DNA from: an uncultured Planctomycetia bacterium
GTDB taxonomy: Bacteria > Omnitrophota > Gorgyraeia > Tantalellales > Tantalellaceae
Reading direction: 5' to 3'
Length of the DNA: 64,000 nucleotides
Assembly: GCA_964572255.1 (NCBI GenBank)
Contig: CAZNEE010000005.1
Location: 24,720 to 88,719 of the forward strand
In this document: one piece after another, positions 9,236 to 18,783 of the stretch
Layout of the letters: each line of letters begins with the position of its first letter
Numbering within the stretch: position 1 is the first letter of the stretch
The notes under the pieces: model-generated
Databases searched by the model: none
The model's input: only the letters and a program-made list of their open reading frames with translations
Told to the model about the DNA's origin: nothing
Program-made: the position numbers and the translations under genes

Positions 9236-10108
9236 TTATAAACCAAAATATATTACAGCTATGCAGCTTGCAACCCAAAACAAAATATTTAATTGCATTT
9301 TTTTATCAAAAAGTAAAATACGTGTGGGGTCTCCTTCTTTTACAACTTTATGGATAATATATAAATATCGAAAAATTCCGTAATAAACGAATGGTATAGT
9401 ATATATCAAATGGTTAGTGCCAAAAACTCTGACCGTTCTGGCATCGATCGTATAAAGCATGTACACAACAACTATCGAGGAAGTGATCACGGCTGTCATC
9501 TGGTCAATAAAATAAATACTGTATTTCTTGAGAACCTCCCGATGAGATGCAGCCTGTCTTTCGAGCAAGCGTATTTCCTCTCTTCTTTTATTGAACCCCA
9601 AAAAAAGCGCCAGGAGGACCACCATGAATATTATCCAATGCGACATCTCCACTTCAGCAATAACACTGCCGGCCATTATTCTCAAGAGAAAGAAAAAGCC
9701 GATACAAAATATATCAATGATAACGGCGTTTTTAAGGATCTTCGAATATAAAAAATTAAAAACAAAATATACCACTAATATCCAGCCAAAAGTAATATCC
9801 AAAATAAAAGCGCTTGGGATGGAAACAATCGCTAAAACAAGAGCCAAAATCTTGGCCTGTTTTATTGTTACTCTCCCCGAAGCTATGGGTCTTAATCTTT
9901 TGGTGGGATGCACTCTATCTTTCTCAACGTCTATGATATCATTAACTATATAAATCACGCTGGCCGTAAGCGAGAAAAGTAAAAAAGCGGCTATCTCTTT
10001 CAGAACGACACTCGCCTCGAGAAGTTTGCCGCCAAAGATCATGGGCAGGAAAATGAAGAAATTCTTGATCCATTGCTGTGCCCTGAGTGAAAAGAATAAA
10101 TACTTCAT
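9236..10108 (-). CDS. UbiA-family polyprenyl-phosphate phosphoribosyltransferase (DPPR synthase-like)
   Basis: R.QQWIKN, NDIIDVEKDRVHPTKRLRPIASG, KRREE, YGIFRY, GDPT. Confidence 0.88.
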   Translation of the reverse strand: MKYLFFSLRAQQWIKNFFIFLPMIFGGKLLEASVVLKEIAAFLLFSLTASVIYIVNDIIDVEKDRVHPTKRLRPIASGRVTIKQAKILALVLAIVSIPSAFILDITFGWILVVYFVFNFLYSKILKNAVIIDIFCIGFFFLLRIMAGSVIAEVEMSHWIIFMVVLLALFLGFNKRREEIRLLERQAASHREVLKKYSIYFIDQMTAVITSSIVVVYMLYTIDARTVRVFGTNHLIYTIPFVYYGIFRYLYIIHKVVKEGDPTRILLFDKKMQLNILFWVASCIAVIYFGL

Positions 10109-10147
10109 GTATTTTCCTTTTTGTTTTAGGATTTTGCTCTTTAATAA

Positions 10148-12190
10148 TCAGCGGAAAGAAACGTTGAGTTTTTTTGCGAGAACCGCTTTTATCTTTTCAT
10201 GAACGGCTTCTATCTCTTCATCCGTAAGGGTTCTCGTGTCTAAGCCGTACTGTATGCTGTAAGTCAGACTTTTTTTGCCGTCCGGGATATTTTTGCCCTC
10301 GTAAACATCCGCGAGTTCCACGCTGCATACGATCTCTTCGCCCGTATCATTAATTACTTTGATAATATCTCCGGCCGGCAGTGCTTGATCGCATAGTATG
10401 GAAACATCTCTTGTTGAAAACGGGAACCGCGGGATAGAGCGATATCTGTTCTCAAGAACAGCTTTTTCTGTTATTTCACCCAGTTTAAGCTGACAAATAA
10501 AAACGGGCTGTGTTATATCGTATTCTGAAAGAAGTGTTGTCCTGACCCCCCCTAAAAAACCTGCCATTTGCTTTTCCCCGGTCAGTTTTATCTCTGTCGG
10601 GGAAGTCAGCCCTTCTATTTTTGTCCCCTGGAAAACCAGACTGATCTTCAGCCTGTTTGCCAGCGCTTCCACAATACCTTTGAGATCGTACAAGCTCGCT
10701 TGCTTATCGCCTTCTTTCCATGTTTTTCTCATGATACCGGTAAGCCCTATACAAAGCGCACTTTCTTCGCCATATTTCCTTTCACCTTTCGCATGCGAAT
10801 AGATTTTGCCTATTTCAAACAATTCAAGGTCCTTATTCGTCCTGTTGATGTTCCATGAAATAGTTTTGAGCATCCCGTCTAAAAGCTGCGGCGTTAAGAA
10901 CTTTTGCTCTTCTGAAAGGGGATTGCTTAATCCCACAGCTTTTTCTGACAAAGCTTCAAACTTTCTCACCGAATCATCGCTAATTAAACTATAAGTCATG
11001 ATCTCATTGAGCCCGAGCGCGGCAACCGTATCCCTGATCTTTTCTTCAACTTCGCGCGGTTTTTCTTTTCTTTTTACTCCAGGGACAAACCTGTTAATTG
11101 TGACCGGGATGTTGCCGTACCCGTATATCCTTGCCAGTTCTTCGATCAGATCCACATCTCTTTTGAGATCTTCACGGAAACTGGGCACCCCCACTTTGAA
11201 TTTATTCCCGCTTTCTTCTTTAATTGAAAGGCCGAGCCTGTTTAATATATTTTTTATCCTTTCCTTGCCGATAGAAACGCCTAAAAGGCCATCTATTCTT
11301 TCGGTGTCTATTTCAATAACTGTTTTTTCTGTCTCAATTTTTCCCGATTCGATAAAATCGCAAACCTTACCGCCTGCTTCACTGGCTATGATATTTACCG
11401 CCCTGTCAGACGCTTTTTTAACAAGCCCTTTATCAACCCCTCTTTCAAACCGATAACTTGAATCGCTTGACAGCCCCAAAGCGCGTCCCGTCCTCCTTAT
11501 GGAGATTGGATCAAAATAAGCGCTTTCGAGAAGAATGTTTTTGGTAGACGCGGAAACCTCCGTATCTATCCCGCCCATTATCCCGGCTATAGCTATTGCC
11601 CTCTCAGCGTCAGCTATGACCAGCATGCCATCTTGCAGTTCTCGTTCAACGCCGTCAATTGTAGTGATTCTCTCTCGCTTTTTTGCGGACCTGATGATCA
11701 CTTTGCCGTCTTTTATCTTATCAAGATCGAACGCATGAAGCGGCTGCCCTAATTCTATGAGGCAATAATTCGTTATATCCACAACGTTATTCACCGGCCT
11801 CATTCCCAGAACACTTATTCTATCCTTGATTTTTCCTTCTATTCCTTTAACGTTAATATCCTTGATTATTCTGGCAGTATAATACGGACAAAGTTCAGGA
11901 TTTTTTATTGTGCATCCCACTTTCACATCCCCGGCCTGTGTTTCCGTACCGACGCCCATGTCCGGCATCTTTAGGTCCTCATCAAACACCGCTGAAGCTT
12001 CCCTGGCTAATCCGATAATGCTGAGACAATCGGGCCTGTTAGAAGTTATCTCAAGGTCCATGACCATATCATTGCCCTCTTCGGACATAGACTCTACTTC
12101 AGACCCTGACATTGTAAGGCCATCAGCGAGTTCTTCCGGGCTTACGTTAAGATCAACATATTCTTTTATCCATTCATAACTTAGTTTCAC
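10148..12190 (-). CDS. pheT: Phenylalanine-tRNA ligase beta subunit, short form
   Basis: NRPDCLS, VDITNY, GQPLHAFD, RFERG, DLIEE and FDX-ACB C-terminus. Confidence 0.96.
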   Translation of the reverse strand: MKLSYEWIKEYVDLNVSPEELADGLTMSGSEVESMSEEGNDMVMDLEITSNRPDCLSIIGLAREASAVFDEDLKMPDMGVGTETQAGDVKVGCTIKNPELCPYYTARIIKDINVKGIEGKIKDRISVLGMRPVNNVVDITNYCLIELGQPLHAFDLDKIKDGKVIIRSAKKRERITTIDGVERELQDGMLVIADAERAIAIAGIMGGIDTEVSASTKNILLESAYFDPISIRRTGRALGLSSDSSYRFERGVDKGLVKKASDRAVNIIASEAGGKVCDFIESGKIETEKTVIEIDTERIDGLLGVSIGKERIKNILNRLGLSIKEESGNKFKVGVPSFREDLKRDVDLIEELARIYGYGNIPVTINRFVPGVKRKEKPREVEEKIRDTVAALGLNEIMTYSLISDDSVRKFEALSEKAVGLSNPLSEEQKFLTPQLLDGMLKTISWNINRTNKDLELFEIGKIYSHAKGERKYGEESALCIGLTGIMRKTWKEGDKQASLYDLKGIVEALANRLKISLVFQGTKIEGLTSPTEIKLTGEKQMAGFLGGVRTTLLSEYDITQPVFICQLKLGEITEKAVLENRYRSIPRFPFSTRDVSILCDQALPAGDIIKVINDTGEEIVCSVELADVYEGKNIPDGKKSLTYSIQYGLDTRTLTDEEIEAVHEKIKAVLAKKLNVSFR

Positions 12191-12206
12191 GCATATCTCC
12201 TATTTG

Positions 12207-13229
12207 CTAAACAAACTGCTTTAAGAATCTTATATCATTTTCAAAAAATAACCGTATATCCTCTATACCGTAAAGCAGCATCGCTATTCTTTCAACCCCC
12301 ATGCCGAAAGCATATCCGGTATATTCAGCCGGATCATATCCGACCGCTTCAAATACTTTCGGGTTAACCATTCCTGCGCCGAGTATTTCCAGCCACCCGT
12401 TTCCCTTACACACCCTGCACCCCTGGCCTTTGCAAATAATGCAGGAGATGTCCACTTCTGCGCTGGGTTCGGTGAACGGGAAAAAATGCGGTCTTAACCG
12501 CGTTTTTATGTCTTCTCCGAACATGCTCTTACAGAAAACCTCAAGAACACCTTTAAGATCGGAAAAACTCACCCCTTTATCTACCATAAGCCCTTCTACC
12601 TGATGGAACATGAAGGAATGAGAAGCATCTACGGCATCCGGACGGTATACCCTGCCCGGCATAATGACCTGCATCGGGGGTTTCTGGTGCTGCATGATGT
12701 GTATCTGCACGTTAGACGTGTGGCTTCTGAGAAGATACTTCCCTTCGATATAAAAAGTGTCGAACGCATCTCTTGACGGATGGTCCAAGGGAATATTCAG
12801 CGCTTCAAAATTATAGAATTCTGTCTCTATCTCAGGGCCTTCGGCTACGGTAAAACCGAGTGAGGTGAAAATATCGCTTATCCTTGACATTACCCTGGAA
12901 ATGGGATGAATAGTGCCAAGTGAAGGTTTAAAACCGGGAAGCGTAACATCCAGTTCTTTCTGTTTGCCTTCTTCTTTTTCATGTAATAAATTTTCTTTCA
13001 CCTTGTTTATCTTGTCGGTAAACTCGATCTTGAATAAATTGGCTTTTTTGCCTACTTCCCGCTTTTCATCTTCCGAAAGGGCCGAAAGAGATTTTAAAAT
13101 GCCGGTGAGCTCTCCTTTTCTCCCTAAAAATTTTACTTTTATCTCCTCAGCGCGATTAATATCTTTACAGCTTCTGAGCGCTTTCTCAAAATCCTGTTTT
13201 ATCTCCTCTAATTTATCCAATATGCCCAT
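12207..13229 (-). CDS. pheS: Phenylalanine-tRNA ligase alpha subunit
   Basis: HPSRD, LRSHTS, FHQVEG, FPFTEPS, AFGMGVER; start set at ATG 13229 with SD. Confidence 0.97.
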   Translation of the reverse strand: MGILDKLEEIKQDFEKALRSCKDINRAEEIKVKFLGRKGELTGILKSLSALSEDEKREVGKKANLFKIEFTDKINKVKENLLHEKEEGKQKELDVTLPGFKPSLGTIHPISRVMSRISDIFTSLGFTVAEGPEIETEFYNFEALNIPLDHPSRDAFDTFYIEGKYLLRSHTSNVQIHIMQHQKPPMQVIMPGRVYRPDAVDASHSFMFHQVEGLMVDKGVSFSDLKGVLEVFCKSMFGEDIKTRLRPHFFPFTEPSAEVDISCIICKGQGCRVCKGNGWLEILGAGMVNPKVFEAVGYDPAEYTGYAFGMGVERIAMLLYGIEDIRLFFENDIRFLKQFV

Positions 13230-13258
13230 TCTATCTCCCAAATGCCCTGGTGCCGCAT

Positions 13259-13987
13259 TTATTCTCCGCCTTCCTTGGCGCCTGTGGAAGGTTTTAATTT
13301 TTGTTTTTTAAGATTTTCTATATCTTCATTCGCCCCAAAAACCACCAGGACATCTTCTTTTCCAATGATATCATTAGCCTGCGGAACGACATTGATGCTC
13401 TCTTCTTCTATGACTTGCCCGTCTTCGGTGGTTTTTTCTTTTCTCTTTATCGCGATAACATTGACCCCTAACTTTGATCTCATGTCAATCTCTCTCAAGC
13501 TTTTTCCCAAAAATTCTTCGGGCGCTACTAACTCTATGATACTTGAATCGGCGGATAGATCTATATGTTCCAGCACTTCATCCGACATCGATATGAGCGA
13601 GCTTGCGATACGCGCCCCCATATCCCTTTCCGGAAGGACCACTCTATTCGCGCCTATTTTTTCAAGGGCTTTTTTATGCGCTTCGTTCACGGCCTTACAC
13701 ACTACCGTGGGTACGCCCAGATCCTTTAGAAGGATAGTTATTAATATACTCGCCTCTATGTTGGTCCCTATGCTGCACACGGCAACATCAACATATTGTA
13801 TCCCAACGGCTTTCATGGCTTTTTCATCCGTGGCATCAAGGCAAACAGCCCTTGTAACGTTTTCCATGATATCCTGAACAAGCTCTTCATTGGTATCCAC
13901 AGCTATGACCTGCTGCCCTTTCTCCCCCAATGTCCTTGCCACGCTGGACCCGAATCTCCCTAATCCTATAACCGCAAAATTTTTCAT
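13259..13987 (-). CDS. ktrA: KtrA/TrkA potassium uptake RCK subunit
   Basis: IGLGRFG Rossmann motif, PERDMG, TrkA-C domain. Confidence 0.9.
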   Translation of the reverse strand: MKNFAVIGLGRFGSSVARTLGEKGQQVIAVDTNEELVQDIMENVTRAVCLDATDEKAMKAVGIQYVDVAVCSIGTNIEASILITILLKDLGVPTVVCKAVNEAHKKALEKIGANRVVLPERDMGARIASSLISMSDEVLEHIDLSADSSIIELVAPEEFLGKSLREIDMRSKLGVNVIAIKRKEKTTEDGQVIEEESINVVPQANDIIGKEDVLVVFGANEDIENLKKQKLKPSTGAKEGGE

Positions 13988-14015
13988 TTTTTATTCCTCC
14001 TGATATAAAGGATGG

Positions 14016-15362
14016 TCATCCTACCATTACATTCTCTTCAGGGAAACGGTAGGTGTCTCTCCCCCCCCTAAAAGCCACAGCCAAAGCAAGCGTTAAAGGC
14101 CCTATCCTGCCCGCGAACATTGTTGCTGTTAAACAAAGCTTGCTTACGCTGTCCAAGCTCTCTGTAATACCTGTTGAAAGTCCTACTGTGCCGAAAGCAG
14201 AAACAACCTCGAACATCGTCCTCGCAAGGGAAACCTCTCCTGATGCGATTCTGGCCTGTAAGTAAACAAGAATTATCGTGAAAACGAATATCCATGTAAA
14301 CCCGAGAAAAAAGATCACTAAAGATTCTCTCACAACCTGTCTCGGGATAGTGCGATCAAACATTTTTACATGTTTATTATTTTTGAGCATATTTTTAACG
14401 GTTACAAACAATATCGCGAAAGTGCATGTCTTAATGCCCCCTCCCGTCGATCCGGGTGAAGCGCCTATAAACATCAAAAAAATCAAAAAAAGCAACGATG
14501 GAGTAGTGAACTCTCCTATGGAAAGAGTATTAAATCCGGCTGTTCTTGCGGTAACAGATTGAAAAAAAGCGCCCCAGAGTCTTTCCCCCCACGACAAAGT
14601 CTTTAAAACCCCTTCCTTTTCAAAAAACAGAATAGCAACAGCGCCTAATACAATAAGCAGAAATGATGTGAAAAGCGCTATTTTCGCCTGCAAGCTTATC
14701 CTCCGAGCCGCCCCCTTATTGATAAAAAGCCCTATAATGTCCATTTTAACCACAAATCCGATACCTCCCAAAACGATGAGAACGATCATCACCAGATTTA
14801 TATAAGGATCCGCGGAAAAATTCTCAAAACTTGTACGGAAAAGAGCAAAACCGGCGTTACAAAAAGCTGAAACAGAATGAAAAACCGCCCTTTCCGCGGT
14901 TTCTATTATTGACCAATCTGTGACCGCGCTCCACCTGGCGAAAAGAAGAAGCGCCCCGGTAATCTCTATCGCGAAAGTGATCCCGACAATGTAAATGATC
15001 AGTTTTTTCAGCCCTACGATGCTCTGTTTATTTAAAGTACTATGGACGATTTCTGTTTGCCTGAAACCTATTTTTCTCCCCAGCATTACCGCGAAAAGAG
15101 TAGAAAAGGTCATAATGCCCAACCCGCCCATCTGGAAAAGAAGAAAAATCACCCACCTCCCGAAAGCCGAGAAATAACTGCCGGTGTCTCTCACAATAAG
15201 GCCTGTCACACATGTGGCGCTGGTCGCGGTGAAAAGGCTGTCTATTAGCGGTAATCTTCCCGGGCCGTTAGTGGCGATGGGCAGGGATAAAACGATCGTG
15301 CCCAGACATATAACGCTCAAAAAGCTTAAAATAATAAGCCTCGGAGGAGTAAGATTTCTCAT
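14016..15362 (-). CDS. ktrB: KtrB/TrkH potassium uptake membrane subunit
   Basis: Four pore loops SATCVTG, SAFCNAG, TARTAG, SAFGTVG; GSTGGGIK. Confidence 0.92.
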   Translation of the reverse strand: MRNLTPPRLIILSFLSVICLGTIVLSLPIATNGPGRLPLIDSLFTATSATCVTGLIVRDTGSYFSAFGRWVIFLLFQMGGLGIMTFSTLFAVMLGRKIGFRQTEIVHSTLNKQSIVGLKKLIIYIVGITFAIEITGALLLFARWSAVTDWSIIETAERAVFHSVSAFCNAGFALFRTSFENFSADPYINLVMIVLIVLGGIGFVVKMDIIGLFINKGAARRISLQAKIALFTSFLLIVLGAVAILFFEKEGVLKTLSWGERLWGAFFQSVTARTAGFNTLSIGEFTTPSLLFLIFLMFIGASPGSTGGGIKTCTFAILFVTVKNMLKNNKHVKMFDRTIPRQVVRESLVIFFLGFTWIFVFTIILVYLQARIASGEVSLARTMFEVVSAFGTVGLSTGITESLDSVSKLCLTATMFAGRIGPLTLALAVAFRGGRDTYRFPEENVMVG

Positions 15363-15368
15363 AATAGT

Positions 15369-15713
15369 TTATTTTACCTTTTTGATGAGAGCTTTGAAAG
15401 CCTTGTCGTCATAAACAGCTAAAAAAGCTAAAACCTTCCTATTAAGTTCAACCCCGGCCCTTTTAAGCCCTGCGATAAATTTGCTGTATGAGATCTCTTC
15501 CTCTTTACACGCAGCGCTTATTCTTGATATCCACAACGATCTAAAATCACTTTTCTTTTTCTTTCTGCCGATATAACTGGCTATAAGGCTTTTTCTTTCG
15601 GCTTCCTTGGCTATCCTGTAAAGTTTAGATCTTGCGCCGCGCTGACCTCTGACGGCCTTAAGGGTCTTTTTTCTCCTTTTAAGCGAACTTGGTGCATGTT
15701 TTACTTTCGACAT
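15369..15713 (-). CDS. rplT: 50S ribosomal protein bL20
   Basis: FRSLWISRISAA, YSKFI, LNRKVLA; follows rpmI. Confidence 0.96.
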   Translation of the reverse strand: MSKVKHAPSSLKRRKKTLKAVRGQRGARSKLYRIAKEAERKSLIASYIGRKKKKSDFRSLWISRISAACKEEEISYSKFIAGLKRAGVELNRKVLAFLAVYDDKAFKALIKKVK

Positions 15714-15755
15714 GATTTCTCCTTCTTGTACATTAGAAAAGCGTGGACTTAAACG

Positions 15756-15953
15756 TTACCCATAAGGGAGCAATTTTTTAACCTTGTCTTCAAAGGTCTT
15801 GTCGACGATCCCGCCTTTTCTCAAAGAACGTTTACGCCCTCTGCTTTTTTTTGTTAAAATATGGCTCTTATTGGCCTTGGTTCTTTTTACTTTTCCGCTT
15901 TTTGTCAATTTGAAGCGTTTTTTAACGCCTTTTTTTGTTTTTAGTTTAGGCAT
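15756..15953 (-). CDS. rpmI: 50S ribosomal protein bL35
   Basis: [15 protein letters not shown]...HILTKK...LLPY. Confidence 0.96.
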   Translation of the reverse strand: MPKLKTKKGVKKRFKLTKSGKVKRTKANKSHILTKKSRGRKRSLRKGGIVDKTFEDKVKKLLPYG

Positions 15954-16008
15954 CCTTTCCACATCTCCCTTCTATTCTCACGCTGGCCTGCAGCGTTTTG
16001 TATATTCT

Positions 16009-16563
16009 TTATGTTTTCGGAATAATTGTAATAGTGATCGTATTCCCCATTATTTTGGGTTCTGCCTCCATCTCTCCCGAGGCAGACACATCATTCGCGA
16101 CCCTGTTCAAAAGCTCCACCCCAAACTCTTTATGAGCCATTTCTCTGCCCCTAAAACGCAGGGAAACCCTGACCTTGTCCTTTTTCTCCAGAAACTCTTT
16201 TATGTGTTTTATTTTTACCTGGTAATCATGTTCCTCTATCCTGGCCTTGAACCTTACTTCCTTGACATGCACTACATGCTGCTTTTTCTTGGCTATTTTG
16301 CGCTTTTTCTCCTGTTCATATTTATACTTACTGTAGTCCATTATGCGGCAAACGGGCGGATCAATATCAGGCGCAACTTCCACCAGATCCAACTCTGCTT
16401 CTTTGGCCTTATCCAGTGCTTCTCGAGTATCCACAACTCCCAGCTGGTTGCCTTCGTCGTCAATTAATCTTACCTTGGGACACCTTATCAAAAAATTTAT
16501 TCTTGTCCTGTCTTTAAAATTTCTCCGACCGCCAAAAGGTCTTCTTTGATTAGGTTTAACCAT
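16009..16563 (-). CDS. infC: Translation initiation factor IF-3
   Basis: LDLVEV, PPVCRIMDY.KYKYE, FRGRE. Confidence 0.96.
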   Translation of the reverse strand: MVKPNQRRPFGGRRNFKDRTRINFLIRCPKVRLIDDEGNQLGVVDTREALDKAKEAELDLVEVAPDIDPPVCRIMDYSKYKYEQEKKRKIAKKKQHVVHVKEVRFKARIEEHDYQVKIKHIKEFLEKKDKVRVSLRFRGREMAHKEFGVELLNRVANDVSASGEMEAEPKIMGNTITITIIPKT

Positions 16564-16608
16564 ATGCCTCCTGTTTAAATTTTCTCCTTTAAGTTCGCAA
16601 TAAGTAAA

Positions 16609-18342
16609 TTACTCTTTACGATCAATATCATTGTTCAGCTTTTCAAAAAAGGCTGCCTTGTCCAGCGTGCCTATATCCCCTTCTTTTCTGCTTCTTAATG
16701 AAACGGCGCCTTTTTCCACTTCTCGTTTCCCGATAATCGCCATATACGGGATCTTGTTTATCTCGGCTTCCCTTATCTTTTTCTGCATCTTTTCATTGCG
16801 GAGATCTATCTCCGCCCTCATGCCTTGCTGTTGTAAACTTTTACATAATTCTTTCGCATATTCAGCCTGCATGTCTGTTATCGGAATAACCTCTACCTGT
16901 ACCGGAGCCAGCCATAATGGAAAATCTCCGCCAAAATGCTCAACTAATGCCCCTATAAATCTTTCAAGGCTGCCGAGTATCACCCGATGCAAAACTATGG
17001 GCCGCTTTTCATCCCCGTCTTGATCGACATATGTCAGATCAAATCTTTCCGGCAGGGCAAAATCGCATTGGATCGTAGCGCACTGCCAGGCTCTTCCCAA
17101 AGCGTCTTTCAGCTTAATATCGATCTTAGGGCCGTAAAAAGCCCCGTCGCCTTCATTTATATCATACTCATACTTTTTCTTACCGAGCGCATTTTTTAAC
17201 GCGTTCGTGGCTAACTCCCAATCCTCATCCTCACCGATATATTTTTCAGGCTTGGTGCTTAGCTCTATCTCGAATTCATCAAACCCGAATACTTTAAGAA
17301 CCTCTTCCACGAAATCTATCACGCCTATGATCTCTTCCTCAGCCTGTTCTCTTAAACAGAAAATATGCGCGTCATCCTGAGTGAATCCTCTGACGCGCAG
17401 AAGCCCGTGAAGAACCCCGGACTTTTCATGCCTATATACGCTTCCCAGTTCAAAATATCTGAGCGGAAGTTCTTTATAGCTTCTTGTCCTGGAAGAAAAA
17501 ACAAGTATGTGCCCCGGGCAATTCATGGGTTTTACGGCGAATTCCTGGCCTTCGCTTTCAAATACGTACATGTGTTCTTTATAGTAATCATAATGCCCTG
17601 ACTTTATCCATATATCGCTTTTAAGAATATGAGGGCTTGAGATCAGTAAATATCCTTTTTCAAGATGTTTCTTGGTAATATAATCGGCTATGATCTGCCG
17701 TAATATGGCTCCTTTGGGATGGTATATTACAAGCCCGGCACCCGCTACGTCATTGAAAGAAAAGAGATCCAATTCCTTGCCGAGTTTTCTATGATCTCTT
17801 TTTTGAGCTTCTTCTCTTAGGCGCAAGAATTCATCAAGCTCTTTCTTGCTCTCAAAAGCCGTCCCGTAAATCCTCTGCAGCATGGGGTTCGTTTCGCTGC
17901 CCTTCCAGTAAGCTCCGGCGACAGTCAATAATTTAAAAGCTCCGATCTCGCCGGTCTTTTCAACATGCGGGCCCTTGCAAAGATCGGAAAAGGAACTATG
18001 CGAATAAATGGTTATCTCTTCATCACCGAGTTCTTTAAGAAGTTCCAGCTTATAAGTTTCTCCCTCTCCCTTGAAGATCTTTTCGGCCTCTTTTTTTGAA
18101 ACTACTTTCTTCTCGAACGGCAGATTTTCCTTGATGATCTTAGCCATTTCTTTCTCAATTTTAGGGAGATCTTCAGGCGTAAAGGTATGCTCGCAGTCAA
18201 AATCGTAATAAAACCCTTCTTCGATTGCGGGTCCTATTCCTAATTTTGCCCCGGGATAAAGCCTTTTTACGGCGTCCGCCATAACATGCGCTGCGCTGTG
18301 CCTTATTTTCTCTAATTTTTCGTCTTTTTTCTTCTTAACCAT
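16609..18342 (-). CDS. thrS: Threonine-tRNA ligase lacking the N-terminal TGS domain
   Basis: RHSAAH, DLCKGPH, RDHRKLG, KPMNCP, FYGPKID, GSLERF. Confidence 0.97.
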   Translation of the reverse strand: MVKKKKDEKLEKIRHSAAHVMADAVKRLYPGAKLGIGPAIEEGFYYDFDCEHTFTPEDLPKIEKEMAKIIKENLPFEKKVVSKKEAEKIFKGEGETYKLELLKELGDEEITIYSHSSFSDLCKGPHVEKTGEIGAFKLLTVAGAYWKGSETNPMLQRIYGTAFESKKELDEFLRLREEAQKRDHRKLGKELDLFSFNDVAGAGLVIYHPKGAILRQIIADYITKKHLEKGYLLISSPHILKSDIWIKSGHYDYYKEHMYVFESEGQEFAVKPMNCPGHILVFSSRTRSYKELPLRYFELGSVYRHEKSGVLHGLLRVRGFTQDDAHIFCLREQAEEEIIGVIDFVEEVLKVFGFDEFEIELSTKPEKYIGEDEDWELATNALKNALGKKKYEYDINEGDGAFYGPKIDIKLKDALGRAWQCATIQCDFALPERFDLTYVDQDGDEKRPIVLHRVILGSLERFIGALVEHFGGDFPLWLAPVQVEVIPITDMQAEYAKELCKSLQQQGMRAEIDLRNEKMQKKIREAEINKIPYMAIIGKREVEKGAVSLRSRKEGDIGTLDKAAFFEKLNNDIDRKE

Positions 18343-18385
18343 CGTTTTTTTTCTTTTTACTGCCCGAAGACCCGAACTTCAATAA

Positions 18386-18463
18386 TGGTGGGCGATACTG
18401 GGGTCGAACCAGTGACCTCCACGATGTCAACGTGGCGCTCTAACCAGGCTGAGCTAACCGCCC
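18386..18463 (-). tRNA. tRNA-Val(GAC)
   Basis: Cloverleaf GGGCGGTTAGCTCAG...CCACG-TTGACAT-CGTGG...GTTCGA...CCA. Confidence 0.96.
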
Positions 18464-18503
18464 ACAAAACTGTCCGAAGGGCCGAAGTACCAAATTCCTA
18501 AAA

Positions 18504-18591
18504 TGGTGGGCGAGGAGGGAATCGAACCCTCACAGGTTATTCACCCGAAGGATTTTAAGTCCTTTGCGTCTGCCAGTTCCGCCACTCGCCC
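18504..18591 (-). tRNA. tRNA-Leu(TAA)
   Basis: GGGCGAGTGGCGGAA...AAGGA-CTTAAAA-TCCTT, long variable arm, encoded CCA. Confidence 0.96.
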
Positions 18592-18597
18592 TCGCCC

Positions 18598-18671
18598 TGG
18601 AGGCGCGGACCGGAATCGCACCGGTGTACGCGGTTTTGCAGACCGCTGCCTAGCTCCTCGGCCACCGCGCC
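18598..18671 (-). tRNA. tRNA-Cys(GCA)
   Basis: GGCGCGG...GCGGT-CTGCAAA-ACCGC, U73 discriminator, CCA; T-loop reads TGCGATT. Confidence 0.92.
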
Positions 18672-18783
18672 TCATGCTTCTTTTTGCGTTCAATCGTATT
18701 CCTATATAATATGTTAATATTATATAGACTAAATAGTGATAGCGAAATAACTTATCACAATATATATGAATTGTCAATCAGCT

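Noticed and set aside
18343-18385. T-box leader for thrS
   Set aside because: Only 43 nt separate tRNA-Val from thrS and no T-box consensus is present.
18503-18777. ORFs overlapping the tRNA cluster (also 25936-26201 and 54592-54861)
   Set aside because: Translations of tRNA genes.
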